A DNA stretch of 62,080 nucleotides, counting the filler, from Stramenopiles sp. TOSAG23-6 (taxonomy: Eukaryota): assembly GCA_900128565.1 (NCBI GenBank). It is 16 parts of 16 records of this genome, joined end to end, with 100 filler letters (N's around TTAATTAATTAA, not from the genome) between each part and the next. Parts side by side here need not be neighbours in the genome. Positions count along the whole stretch, not along the records: positions 11,698 to 15,494 come from LT637374.1; positions 15,595 to 19,390 come from LT637375.1; positions 19,491 to 23,282 come from LT637376.1; positions 23,383 to 27,173 come from LT637377.1; 12 more parts are not named here. The stretch is one strand, 5' to 3'. The first letter of the stretch is position 1, and each line of letters starts with the position of its first letter. Made by a program: the position numbers and the translations under genes. This document shows positions 11,902-24,291 of the stretch, in pieces. The notes beneath the pieces were generated by a model that saw nothing but the letters and a program-made list of their open reading frames with translations, searched no databases and had not been told where the DNA came from.

Positions 11902-12414
11902 TTATGGATGATAATTTTCACTACTTTTACCAAAAAATTCTAATATTTGATATGTATCAGAATTTTCATTAGGGTTAGGGTTATTCCATAACGTACAGAT
12001 TACTTTTTGTTTATTTGATGTGTTGTTTGCTGTACAACTATCCTTCAGATAAAGAGTTATATTTTGTGATATATTTTCATCTACATTTTGTTTAGGGTTA
12101 TTCTTATCTTTAATCACCCAGTAACCTCCTCGTTGATTAAACCGATCCTCCTCATCATCACCAGCAACAAACGTCCACTCCTCTGCAATCCATGTACCCT
12201 TGACATCCAAATAAATACGATATCCATGTTGAGATGAAAAGCCTTCTATAGACATATTTTCGGGACTTTTCCAAGTTCCAATCAATCGATTTGGCTTTGC
12301 AGAATTAATGTCTATACCTTTACTCTTTGCAATACGTACTGTATTTTCGAAAATTGTAATATCAAGGAATATAGATAATTTATCCTGTATTTTTCTGCCC
12401 GTTAGCAATGCCAT
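11902..12414 (-). CDS. Hypothetical ORF directly downstream of, and overlapping, PEPC
   Basis: 170-codon open frame in AT-rich DNA; no recognised motif; start uncertain. Confidence 0.35.
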   Translation of the reverse strand: MALLTGRKIQDKLSIFLDITIFENTVRIAKSKGIDINSAKPNRLIGTWKSPENMSIEGFSSQHGYRIYLDVKGTWIAEEWTFVAGDDEEDRFNQRGGYWVIKDKNNPKQNVDENISQNITLYLKDSCTANNTSNKQKVICTLWNNPNPNENSDTYQILEFFGKSSENYHP

Positions 12415-15340
12415 TAATACAAATAACCAAAGAATCTTCTAGAACAGCCTTTTCGCTTTCGTCTTTGTACTTATTTTCACGAAGTCTTCGAAGTACTTCA
12501 GCCTGAAAGACATTCAATGGATCCACGTATGGATTGCGTACCAAGAGTGCGCTTTGCAAGGTTGCATTTTCTTCTTGCGGCGTGCTATATCCTCGTAAAG
12601 ACAGTAGTTCTCTTTCTGTTACGGCTAATTCGTTTCGAAGAGTTTTACCAAGATGTAGAAGCTCATCGGCATCAAATCCAGCTGTACTCTCGCCCTTCTC
12701 TAGTGTCTCCACAAGTTGTCGATCATAGTTTTCGGCTATATCACTTTCGGTTTTCGCGAGAACCATATCAACAACATCAACAAGAGCGGTGAACCATGGC
12801 CAATGAGAGTACATGTCTTGTAAAGTTTTGCGTTCTAGTGGACCAAGGGACTCAAAAGCTGTACCAATACCTAACCATGCAGTCAAGTTGAGTCTTGTCT
12901 GTGCCCAAGAGAAAACCCAAGGTATTGCACGAAGCGTTTCTACCCCTCCTGTCGGTCGCCTCTTTGCCGGTCTCGAGCCCACATTCAAAGCCGCGATTTC
13001 AAGCTCAGGTGTAGCTGAGCGAAAGTACGGAATAAATGCAGGCTCATCACGCACAATGCGACGATAGGCTTGACAGCTCCGATCACCAAGCGCATCCATG
13101 AGCAGTCGGTGCTCTTCTTTTGGTTGTCTGTTTCCTTTTGGTAAAAATTTCTCGTAAAGAATCGCAGCAATGTATGTATTTAAGTGTCGCTCTGCAATAC
13201 CAGGATTTCCATAGTTTTGTGTGATGATCTCTCCCTGCTCTGTGATTCGAAACTTACCATTGACTGTACCATAAGGTTGTGCGCATATGGCTCTGAATAC
13301 ATATGGATCACCACCGCGTGAAACTGTTCCTCCTTTGCCATGAAATAATGTTAGATCTACACCAACAGCTTGTGAAGAGTTGACTAGTTTCTCTTGTGCA
13401 ATGTATTGAGCCCATGCAGCAGCAAGTCGGCCTGCGTCTTTCGAAGAATCGGAATAGCCAAGCATGACTTCTTGTTTGGCATTAATGTCGCCCTTAAACC
13501 ATGGAATATCCCACAAAGATTGCATTATAGTAGGAGCCCTTTGCAAATCATCTAAAGTCTCGAAAAGAGGCACAACTCGCATCGGAACGGCTACACCAGC
13601 CTCGGATTGAAGCAGTCTTACCGCTAATACATCAGAGGCATTCTGTGCCATCGAGATAACATATGCTGAGAGATTCTCTGGAGGTAAAGAGGCAATCATA
13701 TCAAATGTGCCGAGCGTGTCACAAACTACAGTGGTAAACATACTGCCAAGTTTAGCATAATGTTGACCGTCGGTCCAACAATCATTATTGCTAAATCCTT
13801 TTGTCGGCAGCAATGGACGTTTTTCTGAGAGCTCTTTCAAGAGCCATCTCATTCGTGTATCTTCATCCCAATCTAAATAAGAACCAATGCCTAAATAGCG
13901 TGTTATTGCATCAAGAGCTTCACTATGCCGTACGGACTCATTTCGACAATCAAGGGGGAGAAGAGCGAGACCGAAACATTTAACTTGGCGAATGACATCA
14001 CGAAGTTTACCATCGGCAATAGTATTCCTTCCAGCTTCTATGAGAGAATTATAAGCCACCATTAATGTATTTACAAGCTCTTCGCTCGACAATAAAGGTT
14101 CAACATTATGAATCAAATCGTCTTCTTGAGATGGATAGAATCTGCCACTCTCCAAAATCGAAATTGTGGCATCGCATTGCTGGGCTAAATGATGAAATAG
14201 ATGAGCATAGGGTTGATGCTTTAAATGCTCTTGAGAATTATTCTCTTCCCTCTGTGGTAATAAGGCTAATAATTCGGGCGTGGCTTTCCTTGCACTCAAA
14301 GATAAGTTATCGCGTAAATCAATCATAGCCTCTTTGATTAATTTTGCAGCTCGTAAACGAGACATGATTGCAACTTCTCTAGTGATCTTGGGCGTAACAT
14401 TAGGATTTCCATCACGGTCGCCTCCCATCCAGCTGCCGAACTTTACTGGCGCTATATCAGGTGGAAGTGGCTTTTGAATTCCCGTCATTGAACAGAGTTC
14501 ATCATCAATTCTTCTTAAAACTTTTGGAATAGCGGGCCAGAGGCTGTTTGCCGCGATTTCAATGCCGTGAGCAGCTTCTTTGTTTGGAGTAGGTTTTGCT
14601 CTTCTAATTTCATCTGTCCACCATAGAGTCTCTACCTGACGTCGAAGCTGCTCTTCAGCCTCTTTCTTTTCGAACCATGTCATCCCTTTCCGATCTCGTG
14701 CAGCAAGTGCGTTCCCGATATCAATATGACGTCTTACCACCGTACGTCGATTCACTTCGGTCGGGTGTGCTGTTAGAATAATGTTAACCTCCTGAGTACA
14801 AAGCGCTTCGTAAATTTGTTTTGGTGACGCTGTTGCTTTTCCGACTCCCATCGGGCCCGTTGTGTATTTATTTTCTTGCACACCAAGTAGTTGTTGAAAT
14901 GTACCAAGCGTCGTGTTTAGAGGTTGGGGGTAGTCTTCAAGCGTATTAGTATTAGTTTTATCAATCTGCAAATCATCTTCGCGCCTTCGTTTTAGTCTAT
15001 GATGCGCTTCAGCCGAGTTTGCTAAAGCTAAAAAATGGGTAAATGCGCGAGCAACTTTATGTATTGCTCCAGGAGAAAGCGAAGATGAAATAGTGATAAT
15101 TTCATTTAGTTTTTCATTCTTCTGATCTTTCTTCTCCAAACGCCATTCTTTTGCCAGTCCACGCAGCTTTTCCACAGTATCATATGCAGCCTTTGACTCA
15201 TCTCGTATACAGGTTCCTAAAGCCCAACCCAAAAATTTTATGTTCTTTCGTAGATCTTCGTGTGGTGCTGTAGTAAATTGACGACATGGTGTCAAAAATG
15301 AAGAATGTTTCTTTACTGAAGCAAAAATTCGCTTCATCAT
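12380..15340 (-). CDS. ppc: Phosphoenolpyruvate carboxylase, intronless, with probable mitochondrial presequence
   Basis: LTAHPTE, SWMGGDRDGNP, VPLFETL, EVMLGYSDSSKDAG, FHGKGGTVSRGG, LRAIPWVFSWAQTR, C-terminal KNTG. Confidence 0.97.
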   Translation of the reverse strand: MMKRIFASVKKHSSFLTPCRQFTTAPHEDLRKNIKFLGWALGTCIRDESKAAYDTVEKLRGLAKEWRLEKKDQKNEKLNEIITISSSLSPGAIHKVARAFTHFLALANSAEAHHRLKRRREDDLQIDKTNTNTLEDYPQPLNTTLGTFQQLLGVQENKYTTGPMGVGKATASPKQIYEALCTQEVNIILTAHPTEVNRRTVVRRHIDIGNALAARDRKGMTWFEKKEAEEQLRRQVETLWWTDEIRRAKPTPNKEAAHGIEIAANSLWPAIPKVLRRIDDELCSMTGIQKPLPPDIAPVKFGSWMGGDRDGNPNVTPKITREVAIMSRLRAAKLIKEAMIDLRDNLSLSARKATPELLALLPQREENNSQEHLKHQPYAHLFHHLAQQCDATISILESGRFYPSQEDDLIHNVEPLLSSEELVNTLMVAYNSLIEAGRNTIADGKLRDVIRQVKCFGLALLPLDCRNESVRHSEALDAITRYLGIGSYLDWDEDTRMRWLLKELSEKRPLLPTKGFSNNDCWTDGQHYAKLGSMFTTVVCDTLGTFDMIASLPPENLSAYVISMAQNASDVLAVRLLQSEAGVAVPMRVVPLFETLDDLQRAPTIMQSLWDIPWFKGDINAKQEVMLGYSDSSKDAGRLAAAWAQYIAQEKLVNSSQAVGVDLTLFHGKGGTVSRGGDPYVFRAICAQPYGTVNGKFRITEQGEIITQNYGNPGIAERHLNTYIAAILYEKFLPKGNRQPKEEHRLLMDALGDRSCQAYRRIVRDEPAFIPYFRSATPELEIAALNVGSRPAKRRPTGGVETLRAIPWVFSWAQTRLNLTAWLGIGTAFESLGPLERKTLQDMYSHWPWFTALVDVVDMVLAKTESDIAENYDRQLVETLEKGESTAGFDADELLHLGKTLRNELAVTERELLSLRGYSTPQEENATLQSALLVRNPYVDPLNVFQAEVLRRLRENKYKDESEKAVLEDSLVICINGIANGQKNTG

Positions 15341-15594
15341 CTAACAATTTTAGTTGTAAGTAGCCACACAGACACACGAACGGTATCGATCGAATGAGGT
15401 CGATCTGCTACCATTTGAATAATGGCCAAACATCACGAAATACACATATTGGCACGGATTTCGTGTCAATATTCTTAATTAATATCCCAAATCGNNNNNN
15501 NNNNNNNNNNNNNNNNNNNNNNNNNNNNNNNNNNNNNNTTAATTAATTAANNNNNNNNNNNNNNNNNNNNNNNNNNNNNNNNNNNNNNNNNNNN

Positions 15595-15648
<54 letters not shown>

Positions 15649-15673
15649 TGAAATTTAAATGACAAAAACGTAC

Positions 15674-16245
15674 ATCATTCTTTCATGATCTTTAGATGTT
15701 TTCTGTCGAGGTGGATCAATATATATTTTCCGCCACATCGAAGCTTCTAAAGCAGTTTTTGTATAATTTCTATTTTTTGTATAATTTCTATTTTTATTCT
15801 TGCTAGGGTTAGGGTTATTCGAATATTCTCCTAAAATTTCAGCACATTTTTTATTCTGTGACATCGAGGCTAATGCTATTGGAGTTCTTCCTTGACTATC
15901 TACTATATGTGGACTTACAGCAGATTGTAAAAGAAGTGTCGTTGAGTTTTGCCAACCTTTATAGGCAGCAACATGTATTGTGAAAAAAAAAAAAAATTTT
16001 GTAATTTTTTTTGTTAGGTACAAAATTTCGTACGAAAAAAAAATAAAAATTTTACTCAAAAAAAAAAAAAAAAAATTGAAAATAATGATGAAAATATACA
16101 TGTAATGGTGTTCTTCCTTCCGCATCGGCTAGTTCAAGTGTAACTCCAGCAATATCTGATAAAAGCCCAAGACATTCAACTGTATTGTAAAACAATATTT
16201 TTGTTTTGTTTGTAAAAAACATCGTTAGGTACAAAATTTCATACT

Positions 16246-16276
<31 letters not shown>

Positions 16277-17148
16277 GTAAAAAAAAATTTTTTTTTAAAA
16301 AAAAAAAATCATAATGTCATAATGATAAGATACATGCATCACCATGTGACATGGCTACATGTGCAACATTATTTCCAGCTTCATTCACAACAAATGGATC
16401 AGCCCCATTTATTGTACAAAATATTTCCAGAATTTTTTTTTTGTTAGGTATGAAATTTTGTATGAAAAAAAAAATGTTTTTCAATTTTTTTCAATTTTTT
16501 TCAATTTTGAAAACGTATATTATCAAATAAAATTTCCATTGCTTTTGCATTACCAGAAGCAGCAGCAGCAAATAAATGTTCTGTTAAATCAATAATTTCA
16601 CGAGGTGTGTTATATAGTGTATTGTAGTTGTAGTTATAGTTATTGTGCTGACTAGAATTAGTGTAGTTCTGATGACTGTTGTTTTGATGTTTTTGTTGAT
16701 TTTGTTGATTTTGATGTTTTTTTTGATGATTTTGGTACGGATAGGAGATTTCATTCTGAGTGATTGGTATATGAAAAGAATTCCCAGAGGAGTAACCATG
16801 TCCTAGTGGAGGTGGTGGTGGGACTATAAGGGATTGTGATTGAGATGTTCTTGTTTGGTGACTTCTTTGACTACGTCTAATTAATGTATTTTGTGGTGGA
16901 GGTGGCGGAGGTACAAACGAATTGAAATCTGAACTTGAAAATTTGACGTCTTTTTTCATATTGTTGACAATCTCTTCATCCACGATATTATTATACATAT
17001 TACTATTGGATTTTGGAGTGGTAGAACGAAGCCAGTGAATGGGTAACTCATCCTCTATCGAAGTTTGTTTTGTTTTCTTTTTTGATTTTTTTGACCTTTT
17101 TTGAGATTGTCTTCGTCTCGAACGTCTTGATAATCGACTTCCTATCAT
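15674..17148 (-). CDS. Ankyrin-repeat protein, 3' truncated; introns 16407-16518, 16180-16333, 15973-16099
   Basis: Spliced: LFDN|GADPFVVNEAGNNVAHVA, GRTPLH|VAAYKG, DSQGRTPIALA. Confidence 0.85.
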
Positions 17149-17631
17149 TATTGTTTCTATATATTTATGGAATGACTTTTGAACTTAATTGAAGCACAAC
17201 AATACAACTGGTATTATGGTAAGAACAACTGATATTTTGATATTGTACAATATAGCTAGAAAAAACGAATCAGTGAAAGATGATACAGAAGTTCTACCAA
17301 AAATATACCTATATACCTATAATTTTGTTATTATGTTAAGTATTTATAGCTCGTTCCATAAGACGACGACTTTTGAAACCGTCAAAAATATAAGACATCG
17401 ATCACTTCAATCAGCTACCTAAAGTAAATTCATCAAAAATACGAGTATACTGTATATATACAACACCTACTACATGTCTCTACTATAGTATATATAGATG
17501 TGGACTTGTATTTATCAATGAATGGCTTTGATGTACGCCTTGTTTCTATACATTGAATAATTGAATACACCATTTTGATGTATATAGGCTCCTAATACTA
17601 TTCCTTCCATACCTTCTGATAGTTTTTGGAA

Positions 17632-19286
17632 ATGGATGCAGTATTTATAGGCTCACCAGTGAAAGTCACTGTACCAGCAGGAAAAAAACTAGGTATTGCC
17701 ATACAGCCAGGATGTAGCGATAATACGGGTTGTATTGTACATGCGTTTCGCCCTATATCAAGAGATCACATGGGCCCAATTGAGAGTTCTAACCGAGTCG
17801 TTGTTGGAATGTGGCTCGTAGAAATTAATGGAAAAAGTACAATGACGGAAGACTTCGATTTGATTGTAAACTTGTTGACACAATCAATTAATATTGATCG
17901 CATTCTCTTATTTGATAAGCTTCAGTTACGTGAAAATTTGCATATTACAGACAAGATGACGAATATATTGAATACTAATAGTAATAGTAATAGTAATACT
18001 AATACTAATAGTTATACTAATGGTAATACTAATAGTAATGGTAATACTAATAGTAATACTAAAAGTAATGCTGCGATACATGTAAACATTGATGAAAGTC
18101 ACCAAGTGGCAAAAACTGCATTAATCAGTCATTCAACATACATTGTTTGGGCAACTGCATTTCTTGGTGTGGGTAATTTGGGTGTCCATTTTGAAGTCCA
18201 TGGTGGTTCTTCAAGTTTAGTTGTCATGTTTAATAAAGACAATGAACATCATCTTCATCATCATCATCATCAAGAGGAAGGACATAGTAACCCTAACCCT
18301 AACCCTATAAGTAGTAATCCAAACACTCTTCAAAATATGAAAATATTAAGACATTCAGGTGTACGTACAGGAATGTTTCTAGTTCGAATCGATGATCAAA
18401 ATGTCTCTGAATTATGTAAAACACTTAAAATACCTAAAAAAAATGAAAATTCTAAAAAAATTGAAAATTCTAAAAAAATTGAAAATTCTAAAAAAATTNA
18501 AAATTCTAAAAAAAATGAAAATTCTACCCAAACTAAATCCATTCCGTCATTACAGTGGGTATTACAATTACTAGAAAGTAAAAAAACATCAAACAAAAGA
18601 TTAACTTTTTGTAGTGCTCCAAATGATTTTATTGCTCATGTACGTTTTATATGAATTTCTAATTTATTTCCAAAAAAAGATTTCATACGAAATTTTGTAC
18701 CTAACCAATTTAAAAATTTTTTTTTTGAAATATTTTTCCAAAATACATATTCATTTACAATCGTTTGCATTATCTGAACGAAATGCAATTATCCTAATAC
18801 AAAAATTAGTTCGTGGTATCCTCACTAGAACACGAATTCAAGAGAAAATTTTAGCAGCCCGTCGACAACATCAACTACAAGTATTAAAAAAAAAATGGGC
18901 TACTTATAGTATAGATAAGATAGGACACAAACACGAAATACACGAAATACACGAAATATCTTCTGAATCCAAGGATGTTTCTAAGGATCATCAAAAGAGT
19001 TATACGAAGGATAATGCTATTTGTGGAAACCCTAACCCTAATACACAAAATAGTACAGTATTACATCTACAGAAACATTCCATATCGAATTTGAAAAATA
19101 TTTTTGAGTTCCCTAACCCTAACCCTAATTCAACATCAAATTTGAAAGACATTTTTGAGTGCAGTCATTGTCATTATAAACTGAATCCAAATACTGGATT
19201 ATTTTATAACCCTAACCCTAACCCTCAAATATTGTCCACAAAATTATCAAGAGCTAAACATATATATCAAATGAAACAAAGAAAAT
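17632..19286 (+). CDS. PDZ-like and IQ-motif protein, 3' truncated; intron 18640-18748
   Basis: GKKLGIAI..VGMWLVEING; GNLGVHF..GMFLVRIDD; IQKLVRGILTR. Confidence 0.65.
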
Positions 19287-19547
19287 GTATGTTTTATTTT
19301 TTTTTTTAACAAAAAAATCGATTTTTTTTTTTACAAAAATTTTGTACCTAACAAATTTTTTTAGATTTTTTTTGAAATATTTTTCCAAAANNNNNNNNNN
19401 NNNNNNNNNNNNNNNNNNNNNNNNNNNNNNNNNNTTAATTAATTAANNNNNNNNNNNNNNNNNNNNNNNNNNNNNNNNNNNNNNNNNNNNAATTTTGTAC
19501 CTAACAAATTTTAGTTTTTTTTTTTCAAATATTTTTCCAAAAAGCAT

Positions 19548-20172
19548 CGTTGACAATGTCAGATAAAACAATAGTTGAAGTCAAAGTAGGTGAATATGTT
19601 CGTATTCCCATTAGACCAAATCATCCTCTGAGTATATACCGTATTCTTGCCATGTGGGAAATAGATGATGGTTCAATTAAAAAAAAACAAGGTTTATTTC
19701 AGGAATTTTTTCGTATATCTGATACAAATGTACGTTTCATATGAATTTCTAATTTAAGTTTTTTTTTTGGTTTTCATACGAAATTTCGTACCTAACGATT
19801 TTTTTAAAAATTTTTTTTTGAAATATTTTTTCATAATCCATCTAAATCTTGGATTTCAAGGCACTGGTGCAGAACATCTTATTGAGAATGCTTCAACAAT
19901 TAATGATAGAGAACTTTTAATATCTAATCAATCTGTCGTCATTAGTCTTTTCGAAATCGTTGATACAACTGAAGTGTTGTACTTTTCTGGTACGTATGAG
20001 GAATGTACGTTTTCAAAAAAAAAAAAAAAATTTTGAATTTTTTTTTTCATTTTTGCAACCTAAATTAGTAAATGTAAATATAACTAATGTAAATAATATA
20101 GTGCTTCTATTATACTTTACACAACAGGACAAGATAAAACGACCATACCGTGCTCCATTTGATGGCATTTAT
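19548..20172 (+). CDS. BAH-domain protein fragment; introns 19730-19841 and about 20005-20113
   Basis: VKVGEYVRI..IYRILAMWE..FFRISDT..RELLISN..IVDTTEVLY. Confidence 0.6.
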
Positions 20173-20275
20173 GTATGTTTTATTTTTTTTCAAATTTGAT
20201 TTTTTTTTGTACGAAATTTTGTACCTAACAAAAAAAGTTTTTAGATTTTTTTTGAAATATTTTTCCAAAATACAT

Positions 20276-20915
20276 GTGTATATAGTAATGGCAATTCCAA
20301 TTATTTTATCTTGTATAATATTGTGTAATGAATTCTTCAAGAATCGATTAACAATTTGTATTAATTTAATATTTTTGTTATTGGGTTGTTTTATATATAT
20401 GTTATATGTACGTTTTTATACTTTCATTTTTTTTTCAAAATTTTTTAAAAATTTTTTCAATTTTTTTTTTTCATAGTAAATTTTGTACCTAACAAAAAAA
20501 AAAACTTTGTACAATAAATGTACCAACGAAACATTTACAGTATACATCACCAAGATTGAAGCCTACTTTTAATACTTTATATAATTCGGCAGACATTGAT
20601 GAAGAAAATATTTGTTTGTTGCAAAATAGTATAAGTACAATGAGTGACGTCATTCTTGATGAAAACCCTAACCCTACTACTACTACTCAGACAAATTATA
20701 ATGTAAAAAAAAATGTAAAAAAAAATGTAAAAAAAAATGTAAAAAAAACAATAAACTATGGTACACATAACCAATATACAAGTAAACATACAAGTGTAAA
20801 TAATAGACAAAGATTAAAAAGTATGTCTATTACTGGTGATTTAATTGGGGAAAATGATATTTCAATAGAGGAACAAAAAGGAACTTTTCTCCATGAGCTT
20901 CAACAAAACCCCTAA
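20276..20915 (+). CDS. C-terminal fragment of a membrane protein; intron 20408-20519
   Basis: Two hydrophobic helices, then a polar tail; frame continuous over GT..AT. Confidence 0.45.
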
Positions 20916-21184
20916 CCCTAGCTAGAAAACACACATGTACATTGTGGATTCTTGATTAGGGTTAGGGTTCAATGATGGTCATACGTATTTGTTTAATAGT
21001 CAATAAAACTAGCCAAACATATATATATATATATACATATATATACATATATATTCACAATACAATACAAGACAATATGCATGAATAATGTTTCTTTATT
21101 TATATTTTCAATAACAAAAAAAAACAAATGAAGAAAACATGACTGTCCAATTGTACCATTTTTTCAATATATCATCTATAAAAA

Positions 21185-21886
21185 TCATCTATAAAGATGG
21201 TCAGCAGCAATATTCAAAGCTAATTGTTTTTCCCATTTATCACCATTTGCTAACAATTTAACTTTATCATAAAATAATTCCTCATGTGTCTCGGTGGCAT
21301 ATTCAAAATTGGGTCCTTCTACGATTGCATCTACAGGGCATGCTTCTTGACAAAATCCGCAAAAAATACATTTGGTCATATCAATGTCGTATCGGGTCGT
21401 TCTACGACTATTATCAGAACGTGCTTCAGCATCAATCGTAATTGCTTGTGCAGGACAAATTGCTTCACACAACTTACAAGCAATACAACGTTCTTCGCCG
21501 TTTGGATAACGACGCAAAGCGTGCTCGCCACGAAATCGAGGACTGAGTGGGCCTTTTTCAAATGGATAGTTAATTGTGTGTTTTGGAGCGAAAAAGTTTT
21601 CCATACCAATCAGAAATCCTGCGGCAATTTCTTGACAGAAAAACAAATGTGCTGATCTATCAAGGAAATCTTTCCATGATGTATTTTTAGAATCAATAAG
21701 AGCATATTTTGGCTCGACAGTGTCACTTGAAGCTGGTTTCAATGGTCGCCCTACGGCACCAGATTGAGCTTGCAACGCTCTTCTATCGTCATCTTGACTC
21801 GATGAGAAAGATCGAACTACATACTTATGACATCTATAAGATCTTCGTATGGTACAAGATGATAATGCTTTATATAAAGTATTCAT
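21185..21886 (-). CDS. NDUFS8: Complex I iron-sulfur subunit 8 (TYKY), intronless
   Basis: [18 protein letters not shown]; two CxxCxxCxxxCP motifs; presequence. Confidence 0.98.
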   Translation of the reverse strand: MNTLYKALSSCTIRRSYRCHKYVVRSFSSSQDDDRRALQAQSGAVGRPLKPASSDTVEPKYALIDSKNTSWKDFLDRSAHLFFCQEIAAGFLIGMENFFAPKHTINYPFEKGPLSPRFRGEHALRRYPNGEERCIACKLCEAICPAQAITIDAEARSDNSRRTTRYDIDMTKCIFCGFCQEACPVDAIVEGPNFEYATETHEELFYDKVKLLANGDKWEKQLALNIAADHLYR

Positions 21887-22291
21887 CGTTGCATCAAGAA
21901 AATGAGTAAATTCTAAATATAACTAGTTCTACAACAGTAACACACGCTCTCTTCTCTCTTCGTGTTCATTCTTTTTTTTGCGACACACACACATTGTCAC
22001 ACAACAAAAAAAATGTGGTCAACGTCAAAAAAAAAAGAAACCCTAACCCTACTCGATGCAAAATAGTGTATATTTCGTGTTATTATTTTTTCGAGAAATT
22101 TCCTTTCTTTTTCCCGAAGCGAGTTTTTTTAACAGCAGATGACAAAAAATATCCAATCAAATGCTGGCCAATCAAATCTCAAATCGATTTACTTACGTAA
22201 TAATATATACATACAAAAACAAAAACATACGAATTCGATATTTTCTTTCTCACACCAACTAAAGTTTCTTTTACATTTCACGAATATTCAG

Positions 22292-23282
22292 ATGAGATTT
22301 AATCGTAACAATGTTTGTGTTTGTGTTTCTCTGCTCTTTTATATACTCGTTGTAAATACTGTAGTAGTTTCATTTGCTTTCGACAACAATGAAGAGAGTA
22401 GACATAGAAACACTGATAACATTGTCGACTTGAACACCAAGATAAAAGACAAAAACACCTCAATACAAATGTCACGCAAACTTGCAAACAGTGATTTCAA
22501 TAACTTGAATCACATGTTAAAAGAAGTTGTATTCTCTATTCCATTACTCCCTAAAATACATCAATCAGTTTCAAAGTTTCCCCCAACAAGTCTCGATGTC
22601 ACCTTGTCTAATATGTTAATCTCAAACATTAGTATTGACGATATTACAGCTTTATTTACACCTGAACCTGAAAAACACCGGATGAAAATCAAACTGGACA
22701 TAACAAACATTCAGGCGTCGATTCATTTCCATTATGATGCAAGTTGGAGTATTTTTCATCCTATTGATGATGGGGACGCGACCTTTAAGGATAACACATC
22801 CGCTTCATTGACTTTTTACGTCGATTCAAAAAATAACGATTCTCCTCCATCTGTTATAGAAGATATACAAGGTAACGATTGTGTCGCTAATATACCCATT
22901 GATATTAACTTTGGTAAAGTCAATGGGTTTTCAACTTTTGTGCTTAAGTTGTTACGAAAAGTTGTAAGTGGGTATATTTCAGATGAACTAACAAAGTTAA
23001 GTTGCGACTCATTGCTAAAGATTTTGTTAATGTAAATGTTTTACAAAAAATCACAACTGCATTTGTAAAATATTCTTCACCATTGAAAGAAAAACCTGAT
23101 ACTATCACAGATGAAGAAACATTACAAACACTTATACCAAAAATTACTGTAAATGATGAAAATATTGTCAATATTGAAAAACACTGGCTAACACAGTTTG
23201 TCACAAACCTGTCAAACACTTTAGCTACACGAAATAAAGATTCCAAAGAGTTGGGTATAAACACAATTATTAGAAGTTTTAC
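22292..23282 (+). CDS. Secreted/membrane protein with BPI/LBP-like beta-rich region; apparent frameshift near 23012; 3' truncated
   Basis: N-terminal hydrophobic segment; LDVTLSNMLISNISI..KLDITNIQASIHFHY; frame continues in ORF 23002-23334. Confidence 0.45.
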
Positions 23283-23437
23283 NNNNNNNNNNNNNNNNNN
23301 NNNNNNNNNNNNNNNNNNNNNNNNNNTTAATTAATTAANNNNNNNNNNNNNNNNNNNNNNNNNNNNNNNNNNNNNNNNNNNNTTTGTACCTAACAATTTT
23401 TTTAAGATTTTTTTTGAAATATTTTTCCAAAATACAT

Positions 23438-23973
23438 TTATCATTGGTCAGGCAGAAAAAGCTCGCGCAATGGAAACCGAATTAGAGAAGATTTTACCAT
23501 TTGAAGATCTTTCAGAAGTATCACAATCTGAGCAAGCATTGTTGTCACAAGAAATAAACGGTATTAAGGAAGCAATACTACAGAATTCAGATCTTTTAAA
23601 GGATACAGATGGAGATGAGGTTTCTCCTTTTCATCCTGTAGCTATTGACTCTGAAGGAAACTTGGTAAATGAAACAAATTATTTAGACATCTTTTTCAAA
23701 AAGTTCAATAATGTTTTATTAGAAAAGTTGGCCGTACAACGTGAAAGGAACAGACTAGATAAGGAAAATAAAGATCTTCAATCTATTTTAAAACAATATT
23801 TAGATGGAATTTCGGTAAATGCGGATGTTATGGAAAGTAATAATCCATTATTGGTCATCAATGGAAGAGTGAGATTAAATCGCCCACCAGTGCGTCGTGG
23901 GGGGCATATTGTATCTATTGAAGGAAACCAAATGGTCAATACAGGACGGGTGAGTTCTGGTGTTGGTTTATAA
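23438..23973 (+). CDS. CCDC65: DRC2 C-terminal exon
   Basis: ETELEKILPF; FFKKFNNVLLEKLA..LQSILKQYLDGISV..NPLLVIN. Confidence 0.88.
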
Positions 23974-24058
23974 TAATTAATACAAGACGGGTGAGTTCTG
24001 GTGTTGGTTTATAATAATTAATACAAGACAGGTGAGTTCTGGTGTTGGTTTATAATAA
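23938..24058 (+). repeat. 41-bp tandem triplication spanning the DRC2 stop codon
   Basis: AATACARGACRGGTGAGTTCTGGTGTTGGTTTATAATAATT at 23938, 23979, 24020. Confidence 0.92.
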
Positions 24059-24291
24059 AAGTAGTATGAAAAACTTTTGTATGAAGTTTCATCTTTTTAT
24101 CAATTTCATAAAATTTAGGACTTCGATACTTTTTTACGAGGACTAGTGCATTGTTGATTGATGTACGAGAAAGTAGAATAATTAAAATAATTTTTCTTTT
24201 TTTTCAATTTCGAATTTATTTTCGTACAACATTTCGTACCTAACGATATTGTTTTGAAATATTTTTCCAAAATACATACTCCTATACTCCC

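Noticed and set aside
21185-21187. Alternative genetic code to explain broken ORFs
   Set aside because: TGA and TAA terminate conserved genes correctly; breaks coincide with element copies.
23938-24058. 41-bp repeats as a CRISPR array
   Set aside because: No spacers, eukaryotic context, no cas genes; simple tandem duplication.
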